A program made the position numbers and the translations under genes. A stretch of 64,000 bases of DNA, from positions 44,144,001-44,208,000 of the forward strand of contig OZ024741.1 in the NCBI GenBank assembly GCA_964016885.1, read 5' to 3'. This DNA is from Eledone cirrhosa (taxonomy: Eukaryota). Below, one piece after another: positions 12,690 through 25,664 of this stretch (positions are counted from its first letter, which is position 1; each line of letters starts with the position of its first letter). Below the pieces are notes generated by a model. It did not search any database. It was not told where the DNA came from and saw only the letters and a program-made list of their open reading frames with translations.

Positions 12690-13328
12690 TAGTATCTCGA
12701 GTCAATATTACCAGTGGTGGAAACATTGGAGGAGCTGGTGCAGTAATGCTCCAACTTCAGCATTCGGTAATCAAAAGAAGGTATGTAAATGTCAAAATCA
12801 AACTCGCTGTCTTCAATTCGGTACTCGTACATCTTGTCAAAAATCTTTAGTACTGACCGAAAGAATACGATAAGGAATACAATCAGCCAAAATGTGTTTC
12901 CTCCGAAGGGCCTTTGGAGTAACGTTAATCGATAGAGTGCATAACTCAGAAATCAGAGAGTCATTCCAGGTAGAGCCGTTGCTTCTCCAAATTGAGAGAT
13001 AACAGCTCCGTTACTATAGGTATGTGGTTAGAATGTCTCAGAAAAGAAGAGCTGGGCAGATTTTATGGGGAAAACCAACCGGCAGAAGACAATGGGGTAG
13101 ACGGTTAGATAATGGCAAGATGGTTAGATAAAATACATGAGCTCGGTGGGTCTCGCTTGGGGATACAGCCGAATCAGTTGGAAACGGTTGCTCCTTACCA
13201 TAGCCGCTGGAAGGAGTGTTTGGGGACTCTGCCTCAACGACCCTCTCGGTAATAAGTGGAAGAAGAAGAAGAAGAAGAAGAAGAAGAAGAAGAAGAAGAA
13301 GAAGAAGAAGAAGAAGAAGAAGAAGAAG
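12690..13328 (+). mobile_element. RTE-clade LINE 3' fragment with (GAA)n tail
   Basis: Degenerate RT C-terminus (FLRRAFGVT..DRV.NSEIRE, QLRYYRYVVRM, GRRQWGRR) ending in ~23 GAA units at 13259-13328. Confidence 0.7.
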
Positions 13329-13357
13329 ATATATAAATATGTCTCTCTCTCTCTCTC

Positions 13358-13406
<49 letters not shown>

Positions 13407-14351
13407 ATATATAATATACAAGTCTTAGGCATATCAGAGCGTTTATAAAAATCATATACAATGTGTTTATATATAATAAACATATGAGAGCCTCACTATC
13501 ACATTGTAAATAGTTATTATTTTTCTTTAAAAAAATATTTTTCCTCTCTTTTACTTAGTGAATATGTCTCACAAATCTCATTAGAGCTGTTTCAACATTC
13601 TCTCTTCAGTGACATCTACTCTACCAGATTTGATGCAACTGCCAATTAAGTATAACCTACCCAGTTGACACTATATGCAATGTGCATTTTCAGCCGAAAT
13701 TTGGTATATGACATGCAAATGAGTATTTGCTGCACGATCAACCCACCATTCATAAATTAAACTATTTTGGTCTTATATTTTCTATCTCTTTTTTAGTTTT
13801 TTGTTTCTATTATATATTGATTTACAATAAATGGAATCTTTATGATTTATATATTATTTTCAAGATAAAAGGTCTTGGGTATTTATACAGCAGGTATGTG
13901 AACAACCATAACTTATGCACATGTTTTGGTCTTGCTATTGCTACTGTTGATTTTGTTGCTATGTCGCAGAAGAAAAGCCTTGATTGTATATACTCAGCTG
14001 TCATCTTCTCGAATGTATCATTCCGTATTTTAAAAAAGGCTATGCGATATATGGAAGGTATGGATCGATTTTACCGTTTTTAGGCATTCATAAAAATATA
14101 ATATACATGTTTTATTTCATGTGACATTTAGTTTAGTTTCAATTACTGTCGCATTGATCTGCATTGAAACATCTCATATAAAAACAACTACTGTCGAAGT
14201 ACTGTGTGAATATCTAGTAACTTAAAAATAAACAAAATAAATTAACCAAAAATCGTATTTCTCCGATAACAACGAAAAGGGTATGTTTTTCCATATGGCC
14301 TTTTTCGTGCTTTTGTATAATTTAGAGAAACATCACCTGTATATAACCACC

Positions 14352-14540
14352 GTGAAGATTGGCAGTATCGGTAGAGGGTCGGACGCCATGCTTTCCAGCA
14401 TAGTTACGTCCCTTTATGATCTGAGTTCAAATCCCGCCGAGGTTTACTTTGCCTTTCATCCTTACGGGGTCGATAAAATAAAGTACCAGTAATGCACTGG
14501 ATAATTGCTGGCCTTGTGCGTAAAGTAGAAACAGTTATTA
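14352..14540 (+). mobile_element. tRNA-derived SINE (Meta-domain-like core)
   Basis: A-box-like TGGCAGTATCGG, B-box GAGTTCAAATCC, core CTTTCATCCTTACGGGGTCGATAAA..GTACCAG, ATT-like tail. At least six more copies in the window. Confidence 0.8.
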
Positions 14541-14831
14541 TCTACAAGATTATAACAGTGATTCCATGACCTACGGGAATATTATTTGTACATATCTAAC
14601 AATAGTCTCCATAAAAGTATAAAGGTTATTCCATACGACCTAGAGAAATTTGAGCCAGTATGTAATCACCAACAACATTATTTGTTTGTATTGTTCAGTA
14701 ACTAAAACAGTTTATACGATGATAAATCTGGTTGAGATAATAATAAACATTTACATTTTGATAGATTATCGATTCTACCAAATAATACGTTCCTACACTT
14801 CACTAGTCATCTATCTCACTATATATATATT

Positions 14832-14862
<31 letters not shown>

Positions 14863-14938
14863 ATATAAATATTTATGTATATAAATATATATATATACAT
14901 ACATATACACAGACACATAGAGATACACATACACACAC

Positions 14939-14981
<43 letters not shown>

Positions 14982-16532
14982 TGTGTGCCTGCATATACAT
15001 TAGTTTCAAACAAATTTTCCATATAACCCACCTCTCTTTCAACGCCACACTTTCCTCTTGTTATTGAATTACAAAATTCACATCCCATTTAAAAATCATA
15101 TTAAATCATATGAAAATAGAATGCATAAAATCATACATATTTATGAGTCGATATACTTATATGAATACATAGAAACTTATACAGACACATTTAACGCCCG
15201 TACACATATGGTTATATATATATATATATATATATAAAGAGAGAGAGAGAAAGAGAGAGAGAGAGGGGAGGGGGGTGAGAGTGATAGTGAGAATCCATAT
15301 AACATATCATATACTCAGTTGATTGCATGAACCTGAACAAAGCATCGTTAATTACGTATTGTAGGCATTCCGGAATTAGAATTAATGGTCGAAATAAACC
15401 ATTTCATTAGGAGATACATTACTTGCTTTTCAAAAACGCCATTTTCCTTTTCGTCAGTTTTGAGCTTTTAATACTTGTATAGTTCTACATTTCGTTAATG
15501 CTTTCTTTCAATAAACAGTATCGATAGCTGAAAACATGAGTTATATGAGAGAAGAAAGAAACGTATACAATTAGTTTTCACGAGTGATTATTATCGATCT
15601 GAATGTCATATAAAAATGTCGTGTAGAAAAATATCGGAGAATTTTTAACAATATATATTCGTTCACCATTCGTCAATAAAAATATGTTAAGTTATTATTA
15701 TGTTAGCATTGAATCCAATGTAAATTTTATGATTCAAATGTTTTATGAGGTATCATGTAGGTTGAGTCGATTACTGTATAGCTCACCATTTCATTTTAAT
15801 TTTCGTTTTATATTGGTCGTGGAAGTAAAATGGACTTCCGTCGCTTTCGAAATCCTGCATCTGAAATTAATTTGTAACTGGCTGAGTCTTCCATAAAAAC
15901 GCGTACGCGTAACGTGAATTTATAGAGACTCTGTGGTGCATAATGTATAGCAATGGTGTACAGTCCACCGGACGGGCGTTCAAGTAGTTTTCACCTATCC
16001 AATATCATTCACATGACACCTGTAGACTCAATACCATGGTAAATACCATGTGCCTATGATTTCACACAGTTAAAACGAACCCGAGATCTTGTGATTGTAA
16101 AGTGATCTTTACCATTTTGCCATTCTGCATCTACTGGTTAATATCTATGATTAATAGGAAATGAGTTCAAATCCATTCGAAGTCAACTTCGTCTTTCATC
16201 TTTACTAAATAAATACAGTAAACTCAATGCCGGGACATTTACCAAAACTTTAATGTTTCGGATTAGGTGATTTGCTGTATTTGCTTCGGCTCTTTGCGTT
16301 CTGGGTACAAATCATACCTTGGACTATTTAATCTACCCTGCACAGTTACTAAAGAACCTGAACCGGGCGTTGGGAATTATATGACAATAATTCAGACCAG
16401 ATTTGCAGTTTGAAGTTAAAGTCCTTCCACATCCTACCTCAGGTTGAACAAAAAAAAAACAGAATGAACATGAAGAAGAAATAAATATTGCTCCTGTTTA
16501 TTTAATTAATTGATATGGCCCAGGCTAATACT

Positions 16533-17650
16533 TAACTAGACCTGAAAAATGTGAAAGCTCAAAAGAGCCACAGAATGTTATAATAAACCTTCAAAAGTGT
16601 GGGACTAGAGTTGTTGCTCAAAAATATTGTAATCACTATCTATCTTACACTCTGTGGCATCCTTTTATAAAAAAGAGACTCATAACGAACTCAAGACGAC
16701 ACGATAATTATTTAAGCTAATATTCAATATCTCATATTTGATGTTTAGTAATGATTAATACGAAATGCACTTAAACCGAATTCTATATTATAAATTCACT
16801 TAAAAAACTAAACTAAACTAAACATCTAATATGTGATATTGAACATTAGCTTAAATAATTATCGTGTCGTCTTATGAGTCTCTTTTTTTATAAAAGGATG
16901 CCACAGAGTGTACGATAGATAATTGTTTCTACTTTAGGCACAAGGCCAACAATTACCCATTACATTAAAGGTTCTTTATTTTCTCGACCCCGTAAGGATG
17001 AAAGGCAAAGTTAACCTTGGCGGGATTTGAACTCAGTCCATAAATGGAGGTAACTATGCTAGAAAGCATGGCGTCCAACCCTCTACCGATACTGCCAATT
17101 CACCGATGTACGATAGATAATGATTACAATATTTTTGGGCAACAACTCTAGTCTCACACTTTTGAATGTTTATTATAACATTCTGTGGCTCTTTTGAGCT
17201 TGCGCATTTTTCAAGTCTAGTTTAATATTTTTTTAAGGCAACGCTTGTAATAACTCTAGTTAAACATGATATATATTAATAATAAATTATCGTTGTAATG
17301 TAATTAGATTATATAATTGTTATTTTATAAATGATCTTATAGACATTATTGTAAGACGTATAAAAATATTTTCAGACTTTTAATAGTTAATATAAATTTA
17401 AAAAATCATATATAAATTAACAATACGAGAAAAATATTTTGATGATAAAACGACGAAATACTGGAAGTTTCGAAAGCGAAACGATAAATAAACGTGCAAA
17501 CAAAGTGGCGGATGCTTTTCAGCAACACTTACTCTCGTTGGTTGATTAGCCAATAAGACGATGAAATTAGCCAATAAGACGATACATTACAAAATATGTT
17601 TGGGAGGCATCACCACGGCCAGAGATACCTCTTGAATTTTTTATTCACAA
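16533..17650. repeat. Dispersed repeat with a large fold-back (~215-bp arms), copy 1
   Basis: 16533-16749 is the reverse complement of 16817-17222 once the SINE is removed. Element and downstream sequence recur at 62735-64000. Confidence 0.8.
16924..17106 (-). mobile_element. tRNA-derived SINE with 15-bp TSD
   Basis: Same family as 14352. TSD TGTACGATAGATAAT at 16909-16923 and 17107-17121. Confidence 0.9.
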
Positions 17651-18055
17651 GCTACGCATATCAGACACGCAGACTTAAATCATTCTGTTGTTAGTCACTG
17701 CGTGTCTAACAGATGTGGCTTTCTCAAGCACCGGTGAAATATGTTCAACTTTTAGTTGTCTGATGAGGTCATAATTCTAGCATAACAGATATCATGAAAA
17801 TATATATAACAGCAATTATGTATAAATTAAGTAAATTCTAAACTGTTGACTTGTACTTCATTATTATAATTATACACCGGAGTAAGCAGACCTACTTGAA
17901 TACTTCGTTGACTGCTCTATGCTGAATACAATAGTGTCGGTCATTAAATATCACATATTATACCACACATACAAACAGACACACACGCACATATATATAT
18001 GTGTGTGTGCGCGTGTGGGTGAGATGGAGAGAGAGAGAGAGAGAGAGAGAGTTAC

Positions 18056-18086
<31 letters not shown>

Positions 18087-18560
18087 TTAGATATATTACT
18101 GAATGAATATGTAGTATATCTAATAGACAACGGATGTGTATAAAGATAATAGATTCCCTTGAGATCAAACCACAGAAGATTAATAAATGTACTTTTAATA
18201 TAGTGACTATTAACAACAGAAAAACTCCCAAAGATTCATACAGACGATATATGAAGAAACTAGAATATATTAAAAAAACAGCAAAGATATAGATAACATT
18301 ATTTATCACACAAATCAAACAACGTTTGCTTTCCTTATAGATCGATTGTCAATAATTATAACAAGATGTGTCAATCAAAACCCAAGTAGAATGTTACTTC
18401 AATAACCGATGAGAACATAAATAAATTTCTGATTTTAATACAGACGACAGCGTGAGGGGATAAGAGCTGAAAAATATAATAGAAATGGTTTTATGAGGTG
18501 GCCGTTGACTGTTTATATAACAAATACCCCAAAAGGCCTGTATATATATACATATAAATA

Positions 18561-18610
<50 letters not shown>

Positions 18611-18642
18611 CATATATGTATATACATATATATATATATATA

Positions 18643-18980
18643 TGCAGACTGGAGAGGAACGAAGCTTGCATGCTCCGCTGGATGTGTTATAATAATATAC
18701 GTGAACGGCAAAGCATAAACGAACTAAGGGAGAAATTAGGAATAAGAGAGATCAGATGTTGTTTACTCGAGAGAAGAGTACGTTGGTACGGTCACGTGAT
18801 GCGCATGAAAGACGACAGCTGTAAAAAAAGTGCAGGGCGATAAAAATAGACAGTAGCCACGGAGTAGGCAGACCTAGAAAGACCTGGGACGACTTGATAA
18901 ATTCCGACCGCACACACTTACACCTCTCCAAGACAATGTCACTGGACGGCGATCTTTGGCGCTAGACCCGCCTTGCCTAA
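18643..18980 (+). mobile_element. RTE-clade LINE 3' fragment
   Basis: [14 protein letters not shown]...ELREKLGIR...RRVRWYGHVMRM, then GRPRKTW. Confidence 0.8.
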
Positions 18981-19189
18981 GTACAAAGCGAAACCTACAG
19001 TCAGTAGGCACCTCTAACAAAAATACACTTCCATCTCATTACCCCCACTCCATCCACACCACCCTTACAATGTAAAGTTATGTTGGTACCACAACATCCA
19101 GTCCGAAACAAATGAGGTCGTGTAGGTGTCACGACAAAAAATACACAGTCCACGCTGTAATGTGGCCGTGTAGGTAACACGGTAAAAAC

Positions 19190-19345
19190 CTACTAGTCCA
19201 CACTGTAAACGTGGTTGGTGTTAGGAAGGGTATCCAGCCGTAGAAAACATGCCAGACAGTCCTATACGAGCAAGACAACCAATCTTGCCTCAAGTGGGAA
19301 AATTCCCGTCCAGACCCATGCAAGCGTGGAAGATGGACGTTAAAC

Positions 19346-19378
<33 letters not shown>
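19190..19378 (+). mobile_element. RTE-type 3' end/SINE with (GAT)n tail
   Basis: GGTTGGTGTTAGGAAGGGTATCCAGCCGTAGAAAA...GGACGTTAAAC(GAT)n. Recognised by pattern only. Confidence 0.5.
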
Positions 19379-19634
19379 ATATATATATATATATAAATAT
19401 ATATTTACATATATACAGTATTTACGTATCGAGAAAGAGAAAAAAAAGGGGAGGATAGGTGATACATATAGTTATTTGCCAAGTAGCGTATGCCAAAGGT
19501 GCTCGATACTAGTGCCGGCAGTAATAAATATTCGAAGTGTTAATATTTAGTGGGCTAGAGAGTTAGCAGAGCGTAAGCACGTGGGAAAGTAAAAAATCGG
19601 AGAATAGACAGTTAAAACATGTTTATTTAAAACA

Positions 19635-19676
19635 GCACCTACGTACGTTTCGCCCAGTTGGGCTTCTCAAGGGCAT
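19635..19676 (-). ncRNA. Minimal hammerhead ribozyme, U3-A8 core variant
   Basis: gccc-UUGAGAA-gccc(aacu)gggc-GAAA-cguacg-UA-ggugc; palindromic stem III. Confidence 0.7.
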
Positions 19677-20363
19677 AAGTAATCAAAAGTGTTCCTTATA
19701 TTGCTCGGAAAGAGTTTCGGGGTTAAATCCATATCAAGGTTCATTGCTCGCAAAAATAGCTTGTTTTGATTTTGCAGCAGGTCAAGGCAGGTAACTCTGT
19801 CCGGTGTTAGGGCAGTCTTTCCCGGACAATCTTTTTTTCTTTTCTTTATTTTGCCGCATCTGTTTGTCTGAGGCTGGGTCTGGTATGAAAGGATTGTTTC
19901 CTGGGTGTTATTTTGCAGCGCCTGCCCGCCGGGGTGTTAAGACTTGTTGCAGGGAGATCCGGTGTACGGTTTCACTCCTCATCCTTAACCCATCTGAAGA
20001 AGGATATTTTTAAGCGATGTGTACAACTCATCGCTGTTTCAGCTCTGCTGTTGATGAGCTCGTGGGGTGCAGTTATGATGTGGTAGAGCTCCATGAGGCA
20101 AAGATCGCATTTCCTCTTGAAGTTGTACGGTGCAGCCCTACCGACAATCTCCTAGTGCGTGGAGAAGCTGATGTTTAAGTCCTTTAGTGATGTGATGTAG
20201 TCCGCGAGCGAAGTCGAGTGCCTTAGTTTTCTATTTGTGAAAGAGTGGAGATGTGTTCGAAACCTAATTTTGAACGGGCCGGAGGTAGCCCCTATATAAT
20301 GTTTAACGCTATTGTGGCTAGTAATAGTGCATCTATATATAACCCTATCAGTCAAGCAGTATC

Positions 20364-22810
20364 ATCTAAGTTCAGAAAGAAACACCAATGCAGCAATCCA
20401 TTCTTAACGTCCCTTGATACACTAATAACTAAGATCAAGAATGACCCGCACCTCTTCGTCACCTCCGACAAAACCAAAAAGCTGTACAAGATGGACGCGA
20501 GTAAGTATAAAAAATTCATCTATAAGGAACTACACAAAGACTACAAAAAGACACCCTCTAGTACCCTAAATGACATAAATAGAGTAGGGAAGGATATAGT
20601 CACCAGCTTAGAAATAGAAAAGTACACTAACCCGTACGTCCCTCTGACGCCTAAATTCTCTCTTAAGGATCACAAATATGACTTTAATGAAAGCCCCTCT
20701 ATCAGACTAATATGCCCCTCTACATCAAATATAGGTAAGATTAGAAAAATGATCCTCGACAGAGTACTACTGGAGCTTAATAGAAATGCTAAGGTCTGTC
20801 TCTGGGGCAACACCGACCAGGTCATAAATTGGTTCACCGAGTTGCCGGATAAAGCCACCTTGAAATTCATCCAGTTTGATATAGATAGTTATTACGCCTC
20901 TATCTCCCCCATACTCTTTAATAAGGCACTTATCTTAGCTAGATCTAACACTAGCCTCACTAAAAAAGAAATAGACATAATTCTAGCGGCGCGTAGAAAC
21001 ATTATCCAGTTAGAAGGCTCCCACTGGACCAGAACCAACCATCCTGATAACTTCGATGTCACGATGGGGTCCAGTGACTCAGCGCAAGCAACTGACATGG
21101 TCGGGACATACCTCCTACATAAGCTTATGGAAGAGTACCGGCCCTACAATGAGGTGTATATAGGGACGTCGCCCTGTTTACCGTTAGGAACCATAGCCGC
21201 CGTAGGATAGAGAACCTTAACAAACATATACACAGGTTCTTCAAGTCATACGGCCTATCCGTAACTATGGACCTCAACCACAGGGTTGTCAACTTCGTGG
21301 ACGTGACCCTGGAGTACAGGCTTATACAAGCCATACCATAAGCCTGGAGAGTCCCTCTCTTATATTAATCATGCCTCCAACCACCCTAAGCAGACTCTCA
21401 ACTCCATAGTCTATAGTATCTCACATAGAATCTCGAGGATATCCGACAATGAGGATATCTTCAACCAAGCGGCAGATTACTACAATAGGGCCTTGATAAG
21501 CGCCGGCTTTAACCGAGGAATTTCCTCCATTCCTAACGCTAGCTCTAGAAACCACCCCCCTCATAAAACGAACGTTATAGTAAGCCATACCTATAACCGA
21601 TCACGCGGCGACTTCGTTGAAGTCGGATAAAATAGAATAGATAACCGCACTAAGGATCAGGGCCCCGGCGACGGTGAACACTGTAGATTACTCGAACTAT
21701 TCCCCTATTACAAAACCAACAAAGGCGACGGCCTACTACCAACGCCATCCAACCAACATCTTCGTGTACATAAACATGGAAGAGGTAGGAAGAGTGCACC
21801 CGAGCATAAAGAGAAAGGGGCACCGAACGGGCGACTGCGCATTAACACACATAAGAGCGGACACCTAGATGGAACCACCCGTAGCAAAAGTACAAGGACA
21901 CGTAATCGCCACCGTAACGTCATATGGTTCCACCCCCCTACTCTCGGAGTGTGGCCTCAAACATACCTCGGATGTTCTTCGAAGCCTTAGAGAAGGACTT
22001 CCCGCCCAACCATAGGTATAGAAAAATTCTTAATAGGAACAATATAAAAATATCCTTCTCTACTACTCCTAACCTAGCAGACATCATAGGAACAACGAAC
22101 CACAGTAAGATCACCAAGACACAGCACCTCAACACAGACGCACATACACCTGACAATAACTATATCGGCCTTAACAACTCCCTGGCAGCATCCAATAGTG
22201 TTGACAACGGCATCCGCATACGCAACCAGCATAACCGCGAAATGACTGGGGAACATGCAGGACATGACGTGCGGAATAAAAATCGCACCACCCCGCGTGC
22301 TGTGGGTTGTAATGGTGCTAACGACAGCTGCGGTAGCGTAGGTAACAACGTAGGCAGCAACAATGATAGCCTTACCGTGGGAAATACACGGAACCGCGGC
22401 AGAAATTGCAACTGCCGCGACAGAGGACGCTGCCCCTTTAGAGGATACTGCTTGACTGATAGGGTTATATATAGATGCACTATTACTAGCCACAATAGCG
22501 TTAAACATTATATAGGGCTACCTCCGGCCCGTTCAAAATTAGGTTTCGAACACATCTCCACTCTTTCACAAATAGAAAACTAAGGCACTCCACTTCGCTC
22601 GCGGACTACATCACACCACTAAAGGACTTAAACATCAGCTTCTCCACGCACTGGGAGATTGTCGGTAGGGCTGCACCGTACAACTTCAAGAGGAAATGCG
22701 ATCTTTGCCTCATGGAGCTCTACCACATCATAACTGCACCCCACGAGCTCATCAACAGCAGAGCTGAAACAGCGATGAGTTGTACACATCGCTTAAAAAT
22801 ATCCTTCATC
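20364..22810 (+). pseudogene. PLE RT + GIY-YIG endonuclease, 5'-truncated and frameshifted
   Basis: SDKT..LY, LKDHK, IRLICP, FIQFDIDSYY, FDVTMGSSDSAQ, NFVDVTL, YINHASNHP, WFHPPYS, CNCR..CP, VIY..YIG, CDLC..CTH. Confidence 0.88.
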
Positions 22811-23117
22811 AGATGGGTTAAGGATGAGGAGTGAAACCGTACAGCGGATCTCCCTGCAACAAGTCTTAACACCCCGGCGGGCAGGCCCTGCAAAATAACA
22901 CTCTGGAAACAATCTTGCATACCAGACCCAGCCTCAGACAAACAGATGCGGCAAAAAAAAAAAAAATTGTCCGGGAAGACTGCCCTAACACCGGCCAGAG
23001 TTACCTCCCTTGACCTGCTGCACAATCAAAACAAGCTATTTTGCGAGAAATGAACCTTGATGTGGATTTAACCCCAAAACTCTTTCCGAGCAATATAAGG
23101 AACACTTTTGATTACTT

Positions 23118-23159
23118 ATGCCCTTGAGAATCCCAACTGGGCGAAACGTACGTAGGTGC
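23118..23159 (+). ncRNA. Hammerhead motif (twin of 19635) with stem II mismatch
   Basis: UUGAGAA-uccc(aacu)gggc-GAAAcguacgUA. Confidence 0.6.
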
Positions 23160-23431
23160 TGTTTTAAATAACCATGTTTTAACGGTCTATTCTCCGATGT
23201 TTTACTTTCCCACGTATATATATATTTATATATATATATATATTTGATATATTTATTCCGATGATTTGATTAGGCGTACACTATATTTAAGATTAAGTGA
23301 AACAACTTAAACTGATTAGCAAACTTTAGAGATCCTAATCAATGAAACAATTGTTAATTCTCTAAATAAAACCCTTTTTGTACTGTTGACCATGTAATTC
23401 TTCACTGTTTTCCTATATATATATATATATA

Positions 23432-24195
23432 TATAAACTAATATATATGATGAAACACAGATACCAACACATCTGTATATATATTGCAAAAGAAAATTTA
23501 GCCAGAATGAAGGATACTAATTATTATACTACAGTTTGTCCATATCGATTTAAAATAATAAATCAACAAAGACGAACTGCATTGCCAAAAGGCTATGATG
23601 TTTAGACACATTTAAATTTCAAAATCAAACCTGTTCCGTAGATAAGTTTAAACTTTAAAATCCAAATATGTTTCGAGATATATAAGTGTAGGAATATCAT
23701 GTCCTGCTCTCCTCAGTAAACATCCAGGGACAAATTTATATGCTTCACTTCTAAATAATTTAAAAGACTGTGTGACGCACATGGTTTAACAGTTTCTGGC
23801 TAGTCTCATAACCGTACTGCTAGAAATAACAGTCGTATATATGAGGCGGCTTTCAGCTCAGACTAGGAGCAGTTATATTATTAAGTGTAAGGAATTCTTT
23901 TACAATGGAATTAGCTCGAAGGAGGAAAATACCCCTGAGCCGTGTATAAACTAATATATATGATGAAACACAGATACCAACACATCTGTATATATATTGC
24001 AAAAGAAAATTTAGCCAGAATGAAGGATACTAATTATTATAGTACAGTTTGTCCATATCGATTTAAAATAATAAATCAACAAAGACGAACTGCATTGCCA
24101 AAAGGCAAATGTTTAGACACATTTAAATTTCAAAAGGCAAATGTTTAGACACATTTAAATTTCAAAATCAAACCTGTTCCGTAGATAAGTTTAAA
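23432..24195. repeat. ~220-bp direct repeats bounding a ~760-bp unit between (TA)n tracts
   Basis: 23432-23652 matches 23945-24195; the second copy carries a ~32-bp tandem duplication. Confidence 0.8.
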
Positions 24196-24731
24196 TATAT
24201 ATATATAAAGGGATAAACACAGTAAAATGTGTGTTTAGAATTACTAGGGTAGCAAAACCACGTTGGTTTGACGAATATAAACTCTGAAACAAACGGAGAG
24301 AACCAGATAAAATTAAAATGTACTAGCAGTTTCAATAACTATTATTTCCCGGACAGATTAGAGATTAATATATATATATATATATATACAGGGTGTGGAC
24401 GATATTTGTATATATATGTATGAGTGTGTGTGTATGTTCGTGTGTATGTATGTGTGTGTGAATATGCGTGGTGCATGTGTGTCTGTGTGTGTATGTGTGT
24501 ATGTATGTTTGAGAGTGTGTGTGTGTATGTGTGCATGCGTGCGCGTGTACGTGTGTGTGTATGCGTGCGTTTGTTTACAGAAAGATAAAATCACCAACAT
24601 TGTAGTTTCAACACATAAGCTCAAACATTATTGGCTTCACGGTCATATCTCTATACATACACAACATCTCCCCATACATTGAATACTCTCATGATTAGTG
24701 ATCTCTTCGGACTCTCTTTCTCCCTCTCTCG

Positions 24732-24807
<76 letters not shown>

Positions 24808-24813
<6 letters not shown>

Positions 24814-25615
24814 ACTAGAAATAGATTGACACATATATATATAAAATAAACACGTGAAACAATCTCAGGGAATAATTTATAAAGTGTGTAAGCACACATA
24901 ACTAGGTAGGTAACAAATTAAAGTTTAACTATAAATTCAAATATTTGTTTTAAAATGATTAATCTCCTTTGTATATATTTCACCAATTAACCAGTAAATC
25001 ACAGCGGTCAAAGCCGGATGGTCACCAGAGGAGAAGATCCAACCATCTGCGTTTACACATCAAATGCAAATCTGTGAATGACTCGAACCACGTATTGCAT
25101 TTTATGAAAAATACAGACACCGCACCGCGTCTTCCCAGTGGCGTGAATAGGATTATCGACAGCTAGAAATAGCAGCCGAGTCCATTCAACTGAATTAGCT
25201 CTACAATCAAGGGGCCGTATATATATCCAAAATTAAATTAAGGTTGTCATGTCTTAGAGACATGAGCCATATTCACCTATGGTGACCATCCGGGATTTGA
25301 CCTCTGTGATTTACTGGTTAATTGATGAAATATATTTTTTATTTAAAGAAATATATACAAAGGAGGGTAATCATTTTAAAAGGTATCTATATTTGAAGTT
25401 CTAGTTAAACTTTGATTAGTTACCTACCTAGTTATGCGTGCTTACACACTTTACAAATTATTCCCTGAGATTGTTTCATGTGTTTATTTTATATATATGT
25501 GTCAATCTATTTCTAGTTGATATAAAATGGTCGTATCTATTCATTGGAATCTTAGGGCTTATTCTGCAGTGAATATGGCACATGTCTCTCAGACATGACA
25601 ACCTTAATTTAATGT

Positions 25616-25617
<2 letters not shown>
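24808..25617. mobile_element. Fold-back repeat between (TA)n tracts, probably non-coding PLE ends
   Basis: 24808-24961 inverted to 25368-25524; 25228-25276 inverted to ~25569-25617. Terminal motif TGTCAATC.ATTTCTAGTTGATATA shared with 39022. Confidence 0.6.

Positions 25618-25664
<47 letters not shown>

Larger units (their letters stand above)
19405..23215 (+). mobile_element. Penelope-like element (Naiad-like) with inverted 3'-end copy
   Basis: Body on + 20364-23215. 19579-20363 is the reverse complement of 22444-23215. Flanked by (TA)n; left boundary approximate. Confidence 0.88.

Noticed and set aside
13727-14083. 118-aa ORF as a host gene
   Set aside because: Non-ATG start, AT-rich, no recognisable domain.
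14352-14540. tRNA gene
   Set aside because: A/B-like boxes but no cloverleaf; multi-copy with tail and TSDs, so a SINE.
17750-17815. CTGATGA...GAAA hammerhead candidate
   Set aside because: Stems II and III do not pair convincingly; at most an old relic.
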